NCBI GenBank assembly: GCA_026014495.1
Contig: JAOZIF010000154.1
Location: 1-18,698 of the forward strand
Length of the DNA: 18,698 bases
Reading direction: 5' to 3'
Origin: Candidatus Bathyarchaeum sp.
Lineage (GTDB): Archaea; Thermoproteota; Bathyarchaeia; Bathyarchaeales; Bathyarchaeaceae
This document shows, piece after piece, positions 1-7,733 of this stretch. The number at the start of each line of letters is the position of its first letter. The first letter of the stretch is position 1. The position numbers were made by a program, and so were the translations under genes. The notes beneath the pieces were generated by a model. That model saw only the letters and a list, made by a program, of their open reading frames with translations, searched no databases and was not told the DNA's origin.

Positions 1-195
1 TACCACAACCTAATTAACCTTTCTGATTGCCTGAAAACAGAGGGAAAATGCTTGTTTTGTTCAAAAGTGCCTTATTTTTGTTTTTCAGCGTTTTGTATTT
101 GATATGTGAATGGGCAATGTTTATGGTTGATACGGATTTTCTGGTCATAAAGTATAATGGCTTATTTGTTTTTGTTCAGTGTACAGGTGAGTGTA

Positions 196-402
196 TTGAG
201 TGAAATTGTTTCAGCTTGTAAGGATTTGATTGCCGACGCTAAACTTGGTTGCGCAGACTTGGTTTTCAAGGATGTATGTTTAGATATTCTTGCGAAGGCA
301 AGGTTGGTGTTAAATGCTGAACAGTTTGAGGAATTAATGGTTTTTGTGTCCGAGAGCCTGAAAGAAGAGAAAGTTTTGGGAAGACGTGTTAGAGTTCAGT
401 AG
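196..402 (+). CDS. small hypothetical protein (predicted helical, ~68 aa)
   Basis: The ORF track gives 157..402. AGGTGA (185-190) sits 5 nt before an in-frame TTG at 196, giving MSEIVSACKDLIADAKLGCADLVFKDVCLDILAKARLVL..., with an amphipathic-helix pattern. No family recognised. Confidence 0.6.
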   Translation: MSEIVSACKDLIADAKLGCADLVFKDVCLDILAKARLVLNAEQFEELMVFVSESLKEEKVLGRRVRVQ

Positions 403-499
403 ACATGCAGCTGTTTTTTGGTAACATCTTTTCTTTTTAGAGTATACTGTGTGCTGTTTCAAAAAAGCTAAGTTTTGGTATGGCAACTGGGTTCGTGAG

Positions 500-1711
500 A
501 TGGGGTTAGCTTTGTCTTTGTTAGATTATGAGATTAATCTTCTTTCTAGGTTAGTGGAGATACCTACTGAGTCAGTTCCGAAAAAAGGATACAATGAGTG
601 TGCTTTAGTAATTGTTGAGGAAGCCGAAAATAATGGTTTAGCCGCAGAGATAGTGGACGGCGAGGTAGGCGCCAAGGATGGTCTTTTGCGCCCAAATGTT
701 ATTGTGTCTCTTGACTCGGGTTCAGACACTACTTTGCTTCTTGAGTCTCATTTTGATGTTGTTCCTCCAGGAACAGGATGGAAATATCCTGCCTTCAAGC
801 TTACAGTTGAGGATGGGAAGGCGTATGGAAGAGGCACTGCCGACAATAAAGCGGGAATAGCGGCGGTTATGGGTGCTTTGCGGCTGTTATGTAAAGAAAA
901 TTTGGATGTTAATCTTAAGCTTGTGGCGGGTGTGGATGAGGAGATTGGGGGAAGATACGGTGTCGACTATGTTATGAGTGATTTTGGGCTAAAAGGTGAT
1001 GCCGCTTTGATTGTTGATGCCGGTCCTGAGGGTCTGTTTTTGGGTGCTAGCGGAATTATTTGGGGAAAAATGGTTGTTTCTGGAAAACAGGGGCACGCGG
1101 GGTATCCTTTCAAAGCTAAAAATGCAATCGATGAAGCCATGAAACTGGTTACCGCGTTTGACAATTACAGAAAACTGGTTGAAAAAAAACAGTCAACTTT
1201 GCGTGCACCTTTGGGGTCTCCGCGAGATTTTGTTTGGGGTAGATACTCTGTAACAATGATTCAGGCTGGAGAAAAAGAAAACGTGATACCTGGCACGTGT
1301 GAAGTTCGTTTTGACCGAAGACTTTTGCCCGAGGAGCCTATCGAGCAAGCTGAGGCTGAGTTGAACGCTTTTTTCCAGAATGCACTTGAGACTACTGGTT
1401 GTGAGGCATCATTGGAGCTTGTGAACCGGCAGCAGGGCTATCATACATCTAAAGATTTACCTTTTGTGCAGACAGTTTCAGAGAATATCAAAAAGACTAC
1501 GGGCCAGAGTGTGCCTTACGCTGCGGAGCTTGGGGGAAATGATGGAAGCTTTTTTGCCAAGAATGGTATACCTGTGGTTTGTTATGGAACCATCAGGGCA
1601 GACACGCGTTATCATGGGGTGGACGAGTTCGTTTATCTTCAAGACCTAAAGAACACGCGAGACTTGATAGTTAACCTAGGACATGTATCTAGGGACAAAA
1701 TAAGGCAGTAG
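500..1711 (+). CDS. M20/M25/M40 family metallo-hydrolase (ArgE/DapE-type deacylase/peptidase)
   Basis: Metal-ligand motifs SHFDVVP, GRGTADNKAG and VDEEIGG; dimerisation-domain GKQGHAG and NVIP; C-terminal GGND and HGVDE. ATG at 500 preferred over the track's GTG at 449. Substrate cannot be assigned. Confidence 0.92.
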   Translation: MGLALSLLDYEINLLSRLVEIPTESVPKKGYNECALVIVEEAENNGLAAEIVDGEVGAKDGLLRPNVIVSLDSGSDTTLLLESHFDVVPPGTGWKYPAFKLTVEDGKAYGRGTADNKAGIAAVMGALRLLCKENLDVNLKLVAGVDEEIGGRYGVDYVMSDFGLKGDAALIVDAGPEGLFLGASGIIWGKMVVSGKQGHAGYPFKAKNAIDEAMKLVTAFDNYRKLVEKKQSTLRAPLGSPRDFVWGRYSVTMIQAGEKENVIPGTCEVRFDRRLLPEEPIEQAEAELNAFFQNALETTGCEASLELVNRQQGYHTSKDLPFVQTVSENIKKTTGQSVPYAAELGGNDGSFFAKNGIPVVCYGTIRADTRYHGVDEFVYLQDLKNTRDLIVNLGHVSRDKIRQ

Positions 1712-1759
1712 TTTTGGGCAAAATAGCTGTGTAAAGTTTGTTTTGTTAACTAAAAGACG

Positions 1760-2488
1760 CTAAAATCTAGTTATTGAACATCCTGTCAGTGCGTTTGTTG
1801 ATTCCCTGCATGCAGAAAATTTTCCCAGTGCAGCTTGTGGTCTAATGTTGGTTGGAAACAAGCCCCTGATATGTAAAGGCAAGACATCGTCAAATTTGAC
1901 TTCTAAAATGATGAATTGATGCTCGTCGACGCGTATTGTGGATGTGTTGTGTTCAAAAAGAGATATTGGGCCAAGATTTGTGTGCAGTCCCATGTCAAAT
2001 GTGATTCGCACGTTACCCACTGGATGAATGTATGCTTCGCGGAGGTAATCCACAATTACCACTGGTCGAAGTAGCTTGTGGCGGCACTCAAGATAGAATT
2101 CGCGAAGAAGACTGTTTTCTGAGTTGGCAAGAAACGAAACATCGCCTGCCACAATTTTGTCGGCCTCTTCGCGGCTGAGCTTTGCACACTCTTTGTTAAC
2201 ATACTGATTGTATTTTGCTTTGCACTCAAACTTGATGAGTTTGTCGCTGTAGTTGTAAATGCGTATTCTATACTTTTTTCTTCGGGCAACTCCGGCCTGT
2301 TTATCAAAGAAGGCACTGTTCTTAAAGTCGTCAAAGTATAGACTTCGAATGTGATAGCAACCGTCAGGTCCCGTATGTGGGTCTGGTTTTAGAACCAAAG
2401 ACAACTTTTTTCTAAGCAGTTGGTATTGCATGAAATCAATTGGATACTTTAACTCGTGCCTCAGGTGTATTTTTTTGTGTGCTGTCAT
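1760..2488 (-). CDS. VTC-domain (polyphosphate polymerase-like, CYTH/TTM superfamily) protein, soluble
   Basis: Motifs RHELKY, IRSLYFD, KYRIRIY, FECKAK, YLREAY, RITFD, ILEVKF and GKF. No hydrophobic segment. Its ATG overlaps the stop of the upstream gene (ATGA, 2485-2488). Confidence 0.9.
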   Translation of the reverse strand: MTAHKKIHLRHELKYPIDFMQYQLLRKKLSLVLKPDPHTGPDGCYHIRSLYFDDFKNSAFFDKQAGVARRKKYRIRIYNYSDKLIKFECKAKYNQYVNKECAKLSREEADKIVAGDVSFLANSENSLLREFYLECRHKLLRPVVIVDYLREAYIHPVGNVRITFDMGLHTNLGPISLFEHNTSTIRVDEHQFIILEVKFDDVLPLHIRGLFPTNIRPQAALGKFSACRESTNALTGCSITRF

Positions 2489-3207
2489 TGGTTTCTCATC
2501 CTTGTGCTTATTCTACCAATAAACACCACAGAAAATGCCACAACAAAAACCAGAATAATGAGTATAGAAACTGCCCAAACAGAGGTTTTGGCGTCACCCG
2601 TAGGGTCTTGGTTGGCTGAGCCCGGGGTTGATTGTGATAAGTAGTCCCAAGTTGAACTGCCGTCAGGAATTCGGCCATAGGAAACGTCTTGAAGCTGTTT
2701 AGTGAAAACTACCGAGTCGATTAAAGTCACACCGTCGCTGGCGAATAGTCCTATTTCTTCTCCATTTGCGTTTAGGCTAAACGTCGCATAGTTGTCTCCG
2801 CCGTTTGTGTCTGCCCATATTATCATGTATTCTCCAGAGCCAATGTATGTGTCCTCTGGGAATTGCCAGCAAGTGGGGTCAGCTAGGTTGTCAGTTAAGT
2901 ACATTCCACTCATGTTGATTGTTTCGGCACCCGCGTTGTATACTTCAATCCAGTCTGGAGAGTTGCCATCAGGGCTTGCAATTGTGATTCCATTGTCGGC
3001 CATGAACTCGTTGATGAACAAAACAGAACTGTTGTCCTTTTGGTTAGTTGAACTTGCATAAGCATCGACTTCAGAAAAGCTATCTGCACTCCACAGGTCA
3101 GCCGTATCTGTGTTGCTGCTACAGTGAACTACTCCAAACAGCAGTGTAGCTATCAACAAAAGGGCAAATAGGCTACTTGGTAACGCTGAATTTTTCGTGT
3201 GTACCAT
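2485..3207 (-). CDS. lamin tail domain (LTD) protein with N-terminal signal/TM segment and C-terminal TM anchor
   Basis: LFINEFMADN, DWIEVYN, MSGMYLTD, FSLNANGEEIGL, DVSYGRIPDG and STPG are typical prokaryotic LTD motifs. Hydrophobic N-terminus (LFALLLIATLLFGVV) and C-terminus (VWAVSILIILVFVVAFSVVFIG plus a basic tail). GGGTGA upstream favours ATG 3207 over the track's GTG 3219. Confidence 0.85.
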   Translation of the reverse strand: MVHTKNSALPSSLFALLLIATLLFGVVHCSSNTDTADLWSADSFSEVDAYASSTNQKDNSSVLFINEFMADNGITIASPDGNSPDWIEVYNAGAETINMSGMYLTDNLADPTCWQFPEDTYIGSGEYMIIWADTNGGDNYATFSLNANGEEIGLFASDGVTLIDSVVFTKQLQDVSYGRIPDGSSTWDYLSQSTPGSANQDPTGDAKTSVWAVSILIILVFVVAFSVVFIGRISTRMRNQ

Positions 3208-3271
3208 GTTTTGTTTCACCCTTTCTTCACTATTTTGTTTGTTTCATGACCTTTTTGCTGCACCTGTGTGC

Positions 3272-3934
3272 TTAGGACACGTCAGCGTTGTAGCTGACTA
3301 GTGCTGCATCATTGACGCCCTTGATTTTTAGTAGTTTGTCAACCTGTGGGGTGTCTTTTGCTTTCATTCGAACTTCAACCATTAGTTCCACTCCATCGGC
3401 GGTTACGGTCCGTGATCTGATTTTGTGTTCTGGAAGTGCTTTTTGGATTGATTCTTCGGCTTGGTCTGTGTAGTGGACTACCAGAAGGTAGGGGTCGTTT
3501 GTGCGAAAGTTTGCTCTGCTTAGCACGAACATAAAAAAGCCGATTACTGGTGACCCAACTATTGCTATCATGTATAAGCCTGCGCCGCTGATGATTCCCA
3601 CGGCGATTGCCCAGAACGTGAAGACTATGTCTGCTGGGTCTTTGATGGCTGTGCGAAAGCGCACAATGCTTAGAGCGCCCACCATTCCTAAAGAGAGGGC
3701 AATGTTTGAGCTGATGGGTAACGTAACGAGTGTTACTACAAGTCCAGTTAGCACTAGTCCAATGTTGAAGTTTCGGGTGTAGATGACTCCTTTGAATGTT
3801 TTTCTGTATACGTAGAATATGAAAAGAGTCACTGTGAATGTGATAATTAGACTCAAAAGCACTCGGTCAACGGTGAGTGATTGGTATGCATTAACAGGGT
3901 TCATGAATTCGTCAATTAATTCTTCTAAGGTCAT
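3272..3934 (-). CDS. DUF4956-family membrane protein (several TM helices plus small C-terminal soluble domain)
   Basis: Signature SNIALSLGMVGALSIVRFRTAIKDPADIVFTFWAIAVGIISGAG; 4-5 hydrophobic segments followed by a hydrophilic beta/alpha C-terminal domain. Confidence 0.88.
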   Translation of the reverse strand: MTLEELIDEFMNPVNAYQSLTVDRVLLSLIITFTVTLFIFYVYRKTFKGVIYTRNFNIGLVLTGLVVTLVTLPISSNIALSLGMVGALSIVRFRTAIKDPADIVFTFWAIAVGIISGAGLYMIAIVGSPVIGFFMFVLSRANFRTNDPYLLVVHYTDQAEESIQKALPEHKIRSRTVTADGVELMVEVRMKAKDTPQVDKLLKIKGVNDAALVSYNADVS

Positions 3935-3963
3935 GTTTCATCCTTTTCGTCAATTCGCAACTA

Positions 3964-3974
3964 TTTATATTAAA
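3964..3974 (-). promoter_or_regulatory. putative TATA box for the DUF4956-LTD-VTC operon
   Basis: Minus strand reads AAAAACTC-TTTAATATAAA about 30 nt upstream of the ATG at 3934; AAAAGGA precedes the start. Confidence 0.55.
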
Positions 3975-4152
3975 GAGTTTTTCAGAATTGAGCCCAAATT
4001 TTTTCTAGTTGTTATAGTTTCAACCCAAACTATGTAACCTATAGTAAAACGTGAGAGGCAAACGAGTTTTTAATTAACGCTTAGTTTGAAATTTTCCAAA
4101 GTCTGCAGTGGCTTATTTTTTGCTAATTCGGGTTAGACTTGTGATAGATTCT

Positions 4153-4170
4153 GAAAAACTGTTTTATAAA
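4153..4170 (+). promoter_or_regulatory. putative BRE/TATA promoter for the Zn-ribbon and beta-helix genes
   Basis: GAAAAA-CTG-TTTTATAAA, ending 32 nt before the ATG at 4203. Confidence 0.6.
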
Positions 4171-4202
4171 AAATCGCTGTTGGATGATTGTAAATTACCT
4201 AA

Positions 4203-4466
4203 ATGTCCAAAAAAGAGGAGACTAAACAAGTGAAACAACAGTTGATGTATCTGATTGATTTATCTCGAATTCAAGGAAACGGAGATTTTCTATGTCCAAA
4301 ATGTGGAGTAACAATATCCCCAGACGATGAAACAGAGGACACCTATTGTATCGTAAACACAAAAGTTAGAAACAACGAATTAGTCGAACTGACGATTCAA
4401 TGCCAAAAATGCAGAAGTAAAATTCGGGTAATTGGTTTCTCCATACTTGATGTGGTGGCTAAGTGA
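4203..4466 (+). CDS. small Zn-ribbon-like hypothetical protein (CxxC...CxxC)
   Basis: CPKC and CQKC pairs separated by about 32 residues with beta-strand character; TATA box upstream. Confidence 0.8.
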   Translation: MSKKEETKQVKQQLMYLIDLSRIQGNGDFLCPKCGVTISPDDETEDTYCIVNTKVRNNELVELTIQCQKCRSKIRVIGFSILDVVAK

Positions 4467-6418
4467 AAATCATGATGAAAAAAAATACAATTATGGTCAT
4501 TGGAGCTGTCTGTATCCTAGTAATAGCTGCATCTGTTATCACTTTAAACTGGAATGCTGATAACAGCAACAGTATAACCGATGATATTACAGCTGATGAT
4601 AGTACAAACACTCCAAGCAATTCGGACACAACTACAGATGATACACCTACTGCGACCGAACCTGACACAACTAACGATAATATTGATGACGATTCCAATA
4701 CTACACCTGACACATCCAGCGACACTGATCAGTCATCTTCAAGTTCAACCAGCGAGTTTTCAAGCACCAGCGTAGCTGAAGCGCTGGCAGACAATAAAGA
4801 TGACCATGACGATAATGACGATTATCTTTGGGATAGCTCCGATGTCATTGCAGTAACGTTGAATACAAACTCCATTAGTGTCGCCGATGAAACAGGTGTC
4901 ATAATCGATGGAACGACACTAACAATTACATCTGCAGGAACCTACAGCATAAGCGGTACTTTGAATGATGGACAAATAATCGTAGATACCAGTGACGAGG
5001 ATGTTGTGAGACTTATTTTAAACGACGCCACAATCAGCAGCACTACAAACGCCCCTATCTATGTTGCAAACGCAGACAAAACAGTAATTGTACTTGCCGA
5101 TGGCACACAAAATTATCTAACAGACAACAAAAACAATCAAGAAAACAGTACAATTCTTAGCAAAGACGACCTTACCATCTGCGGCGATGGCTCGCTTACA
5201 GTTACCGCAAACACTAACAACGGTATTGAAAGCAATGACGGACTTGTAATAAAAAGCGGGACAATTACAGTAACTTCAGTTGATGACGGGATTTTAGGTA
5301 AAGACTATCTGGTGATTAAAGGCGGAGACATAACAATAAACTCGGTTGGCGACGGATTAAAGTCTAGTAACGACGAAGAGCAAGACAAAGGATACATCTA
5401 CATTGAAGACGGCACAATAACAATCACTTCAACACAAGGAGACGCGATTACTGCACAAACCGACCTATTGATAGCTGGCGGAACATTCACGTTAACAAGC
5501 GGCGGCGGAAGTAGTGCATATGCAACTGACCTCCTGTCCACTAAAGGACTAAAATCTGCCGTCAATATAGTTATAGACGGTGGAGATTTTACAATCAGTT
5601 CTTCTGATGACGCTATTCACTCAAATGATTTAATTATAATAAATAGCGGCACATTTGACATTTCTACTGGAGATGACGGCATACACGCAGACACGTCACT
5701 GGAAATCAACGGCGGAACATTTGACATAACCAAATCATATGAAGGACTGGAAAGCGCCTTAATCACAGTTAACAACGGCAACATCCAGATTGTTTCAAGC
5801 GATGACGGAATAAACATAGCAGGAGGCAACGACAATTCTGGCTTTGATGGAAGAGCACGACAAGACATGTTTAGCACTTCCTCTTCGGACACCTACTATC
5901 TGTACATCAACGGTGGAGTTATTGTCATAGATTCAGGCGGCGACGGAATCGACTCAAATGGATACATCGAAATGAATGACGGCGTGGTAATCATTAACGG
6001 TCCAACATCAAGCATGAACGGTGCACTAGATTATTTAGGCTCATTTAAAATCACAGGAGGAATATTAGTGGCAGTGGGAAGCTCAGGCATGGCACAGGCT
6101 CCCAGCAGCGTATCTACCCAATATTCAATAGGCGTAATCTTTAGCACAACCCAGTCAGCTAACACATTAGTGAGTATACAAACCGCTTCAGGTGAAGAAC
6201 TACTCACATTTAAGCCCACAAAAACATACCAATCAATAGTTTTCTCCTCTTCTGAACTTGGAACTGGCTCATACACAATATACCTCGGAGGAAGCTCCAC
6301 CGGTACACTCTCTAACGGAATATACGAAAACGGAACATACAGCCCAGGAACCCAATACACCACCTTTACTACGTCAGGCGTTGTAACAACTGTCGGCAGC
6401 ACTAGCAGAAGACGCTAA
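4463..6418 (+). CDS. membrane-anchored carbohydrate-binding-domain protein (Cthe_2159/DUF4353-like parallel beta-helix)
   Basis: N-terminal TM (IMVIGAVCILVIAASVITL), a D/T/S-rich linker, then ITSAGTYSISGTLNDGQIIVD, LILNDATI, LADGTQNYLTD, SKDDLTICGDG and many (S/T)xxDG(I/L) rungs. Start is GTG 4463 or ATG 4472/4475. Confidence 0.88.
   Translation: MKIMMKKNTIMVIGAVCILVIAASVITLNWNADNSNSITDDITADDSTNTPSNSDTTTDDTPTATEPDTTNDNIDDDSNTTPDTSSDTDQSSSSSTSEFSSTSVAEALADNKDDHDDNDDYLWDSSDVIAVTLNTNSISVADETGVIIDGTTLTITSAGTYSISGTLNDGQIIVDTSDEDVVRLILNDATISSTTNAPIYVANADKTVIVLADGTQNYLTDNKNNQENSTILSKDDLTICGDGSLTVTANTNNGIESNDGLVIKSGTITVTSVDDGILGKDYLVIKGGDITINSVGDGLKSSNDEEQDKGYIYIEDGTITITSTQGDAITAQTDLLIAGGTFTLTSGGGSSAYATDLLSTKGLKSAVNIVIDGGDFTISSSDDAIHSNDLIIINSGTFDISTGDDGIHADTSLEINGGTFDITKSYEGLESALITVNNGNIQIVSSDDGINIAGGNDNSGFDGRARQDMFSTSSSDTYYLYINGGVIVIDSGGDGIDSNGYIEMNDGVVIINGPTSSMNGALDYLGSFKITGGILVAVGSSGMAQAPSSVSTQYSIGVIFSTTQSANTLVSIQTASGEELLTFKPTKTYQSIVFSSSELGTGSYTIYLGGSSTGTLSNGIYENGTYSPGTQYTTFTTSGVVTTVGSTSRRR
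4556..4830 (+). repeat. low-complexity Asp/Thr/Ser-rich linker coding region
   Basis: DNSNSITDDITADDSTNTPSNSDTTTDDTPTATEPDTTNDNIDDDSNTTPDTSSDTDQSSSSSTSEFSSTS...DNKDDHDDNDDY; boundaries approximate. Confidence 0.75.
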
Positions 6419-6421
6419 CTT

Positions 6422-6460
6422 TCGCCTAACTTTTAGGCGATTCACAGTTTTATTTTTGAT
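6422..6460 (+). terminator. hairpin plus T-rich tract directly after the beta-helix gene
   Basis: TCGCCTAA-CTT-TTAGGCGA is a perfect 8-bp stem (6422-6440), followed by TTCACAGTTTTATTTTT. Confidence 0.6.
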
Positions 6461-6577
6461 GCGATTTGCTGCTACAACTTTAATTTTAGGTTTGTAAACC
6501 TTGTTTTACATGAGCTTGTAAAAGTTTCTTCACAAAAATCCTTTTCAAGTGTTGTCCTTCCATTTCAGGTAAGGGTA

Positions 6578-7651
6578 ATGAAAATGGCTGACGACAAAAT
6601 AAACGAAGAAACTTACTCGCTGATTTTCACGTCTCTGAAACATCCCATACGCAGAAGTATACTAAGAATGCTCGCAAACAAACCCTTAACTTACTCTGAG
6701 ATTCTAGAAACCCTAAATATTGACAGCGGGCACTTGAGTTATCACCTTGAAAATTTGGGAGACTTGACCGTTCACTCCAATAATGGACCATATATGCTTT
6801 CAAGTTTTGGAATTGCAGCCGTTAAATTGATGGGCGGGGTTGAAGAGCACTCACCAGCATCGTCTCATCGCAGATTCAAACTACGGACGCTTTTTAGTAA
6901 GGTCTACCCAGTTATTTTGGCGTTAGCTCTAATTGCCGCCAGTGTTCATTTAGTTTCATATTCCAATCTGGTTTTTACTACAACAAGCTCAACAGCAAAT
7001 CTGATACACCCAGTTTACAGCAATATTCCGTTTAACCTTAACACTAACGAAACTCTTACACTTACAGCCCAAATAGAATATTCTCAACTCCCCCAAAATC
7101 ACGGAACAGACATAACTGGCGTCCTTGATTCGTGGAGTTTTACGATACCACAGTTAGAGAACACACTTACAGTCACTGATGAGGCTGTGATTTGGATTGA
7201 TTCAAGGTTTAACCGTACGACAGCGCAAATAACAATCTCATTAAGAAATCAAACAATCCCAGTAATTAACGGCTCCATCACATTGGTGATATGCGACGGA
7301 GGAGTTGTTTCTATTCCAAATTCAGCAACTGATCCATCCAATCTTAAAGTGAAGATTTCTGCACCAGAAGGAACAATAACGCAGGACAGCTTCTTTTCAA
7401 GCGCAGGTATTGCCAGTTCACCTTTAGTCCCAATCACTCAAGAGGGTCGTTACACGTTCGAAATTACAAACAAAGATGTCTGGGCATGGAATGGGTTTCT
7501 GACAGTAAACGTTCAAATTCAACACTTCGAAAAGCCGTATTTCTATTGGGGCGTTATTGGAATCATAATCGCTGGAGCCTACCTTGGATTAGCCACATTT
7601 TTTATCATAAAAAACAACAAGCAAACAGAAACAAATCAAACAAAAACATAG
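6578..7651 (+). CDS. ArsR-like winged-helix regulator fused to a TM-extracellular domain-TM module
   Basis: N-terminal IFTSLKHPIRRSILRML...LTYSEILETLNIDSGHLSYHLENL is an ArsR/wHTH motif; TM1 VILALALIAASVHLV; Thr/Ser/Asn-rich beta domain with several NxS/T sequons; TM2 FYWGVIGIIIAGAYLGLATFFII. Start is 6578 or 6584. Confidence 0.8.
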   Translation: MKMADDKINEETYSLIFTSLKHPIRRSILRMLANKPLTYSEILETLNIDSGHLSYHLENLGDLTVHSNNGPYMLSSFGIAAVKLMGGVEEHSPASSHRRFKLRTLFSKVYPVILALALIAASVHLVSYSNLVFTTTSSTANLIHPVYSNIPFNLNTNETLTLTAQIEYSQLPQNHGTDITGVLDSWSFTIPQLENTLTVTDEAVIWIDSRFNRTTAQITISLRNQTIPVINGSITLVICDGGVVSIPNSATDPSNLKVKISAPEGTITQDSFFSSAGIASSPLVPITQEGRYTFEITNKDVWAWNGFLTVNVQIQHFEKPYFYWGVIGIIIAGAYLGLATFFIIKNNKQTETNQTKT

Positions 7652-7733
7652 AACCAAAAAACAACCCCAAGCACATATTGCAGATTAGTTTCACTTTGCT
7701 CTCCCCTCAATAAACTGTCGTTTGGTCGAGGAC

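Noticed and set aside
1-156. Possible start of a divergent minus-strand gene at the left edge (AAAGGTT followed by TTG/GTG)
   Set aside because: Only a few codons lie inside the window, so nothing can be supported.
500-1711. Assigning dapE, argE or lysK to the M20 enzyme
   Set aside because: The motifs are shared by the whole family and there are no pathway neighbours.
3100-3207. Lipoprotein lipobox in the LTD protein (VVHC)
   Set aside because: His at -1 does not fit the [LVI][ASTVI][GAS]C consensus.
526-6402. Alternative-frame and antisense ORFs in the track (526-729, 678-860, 967-1164, 1464-1649, 2056-2334, 2456-2644, 2792-3061, 3501-3782, 3819-4037, 4459-4725, 4581-4775, 5617-5892, 6031-6402)
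   Set aside because: All overlap well-supported genes and have no recognisable motifs; they are shadow ORFs.
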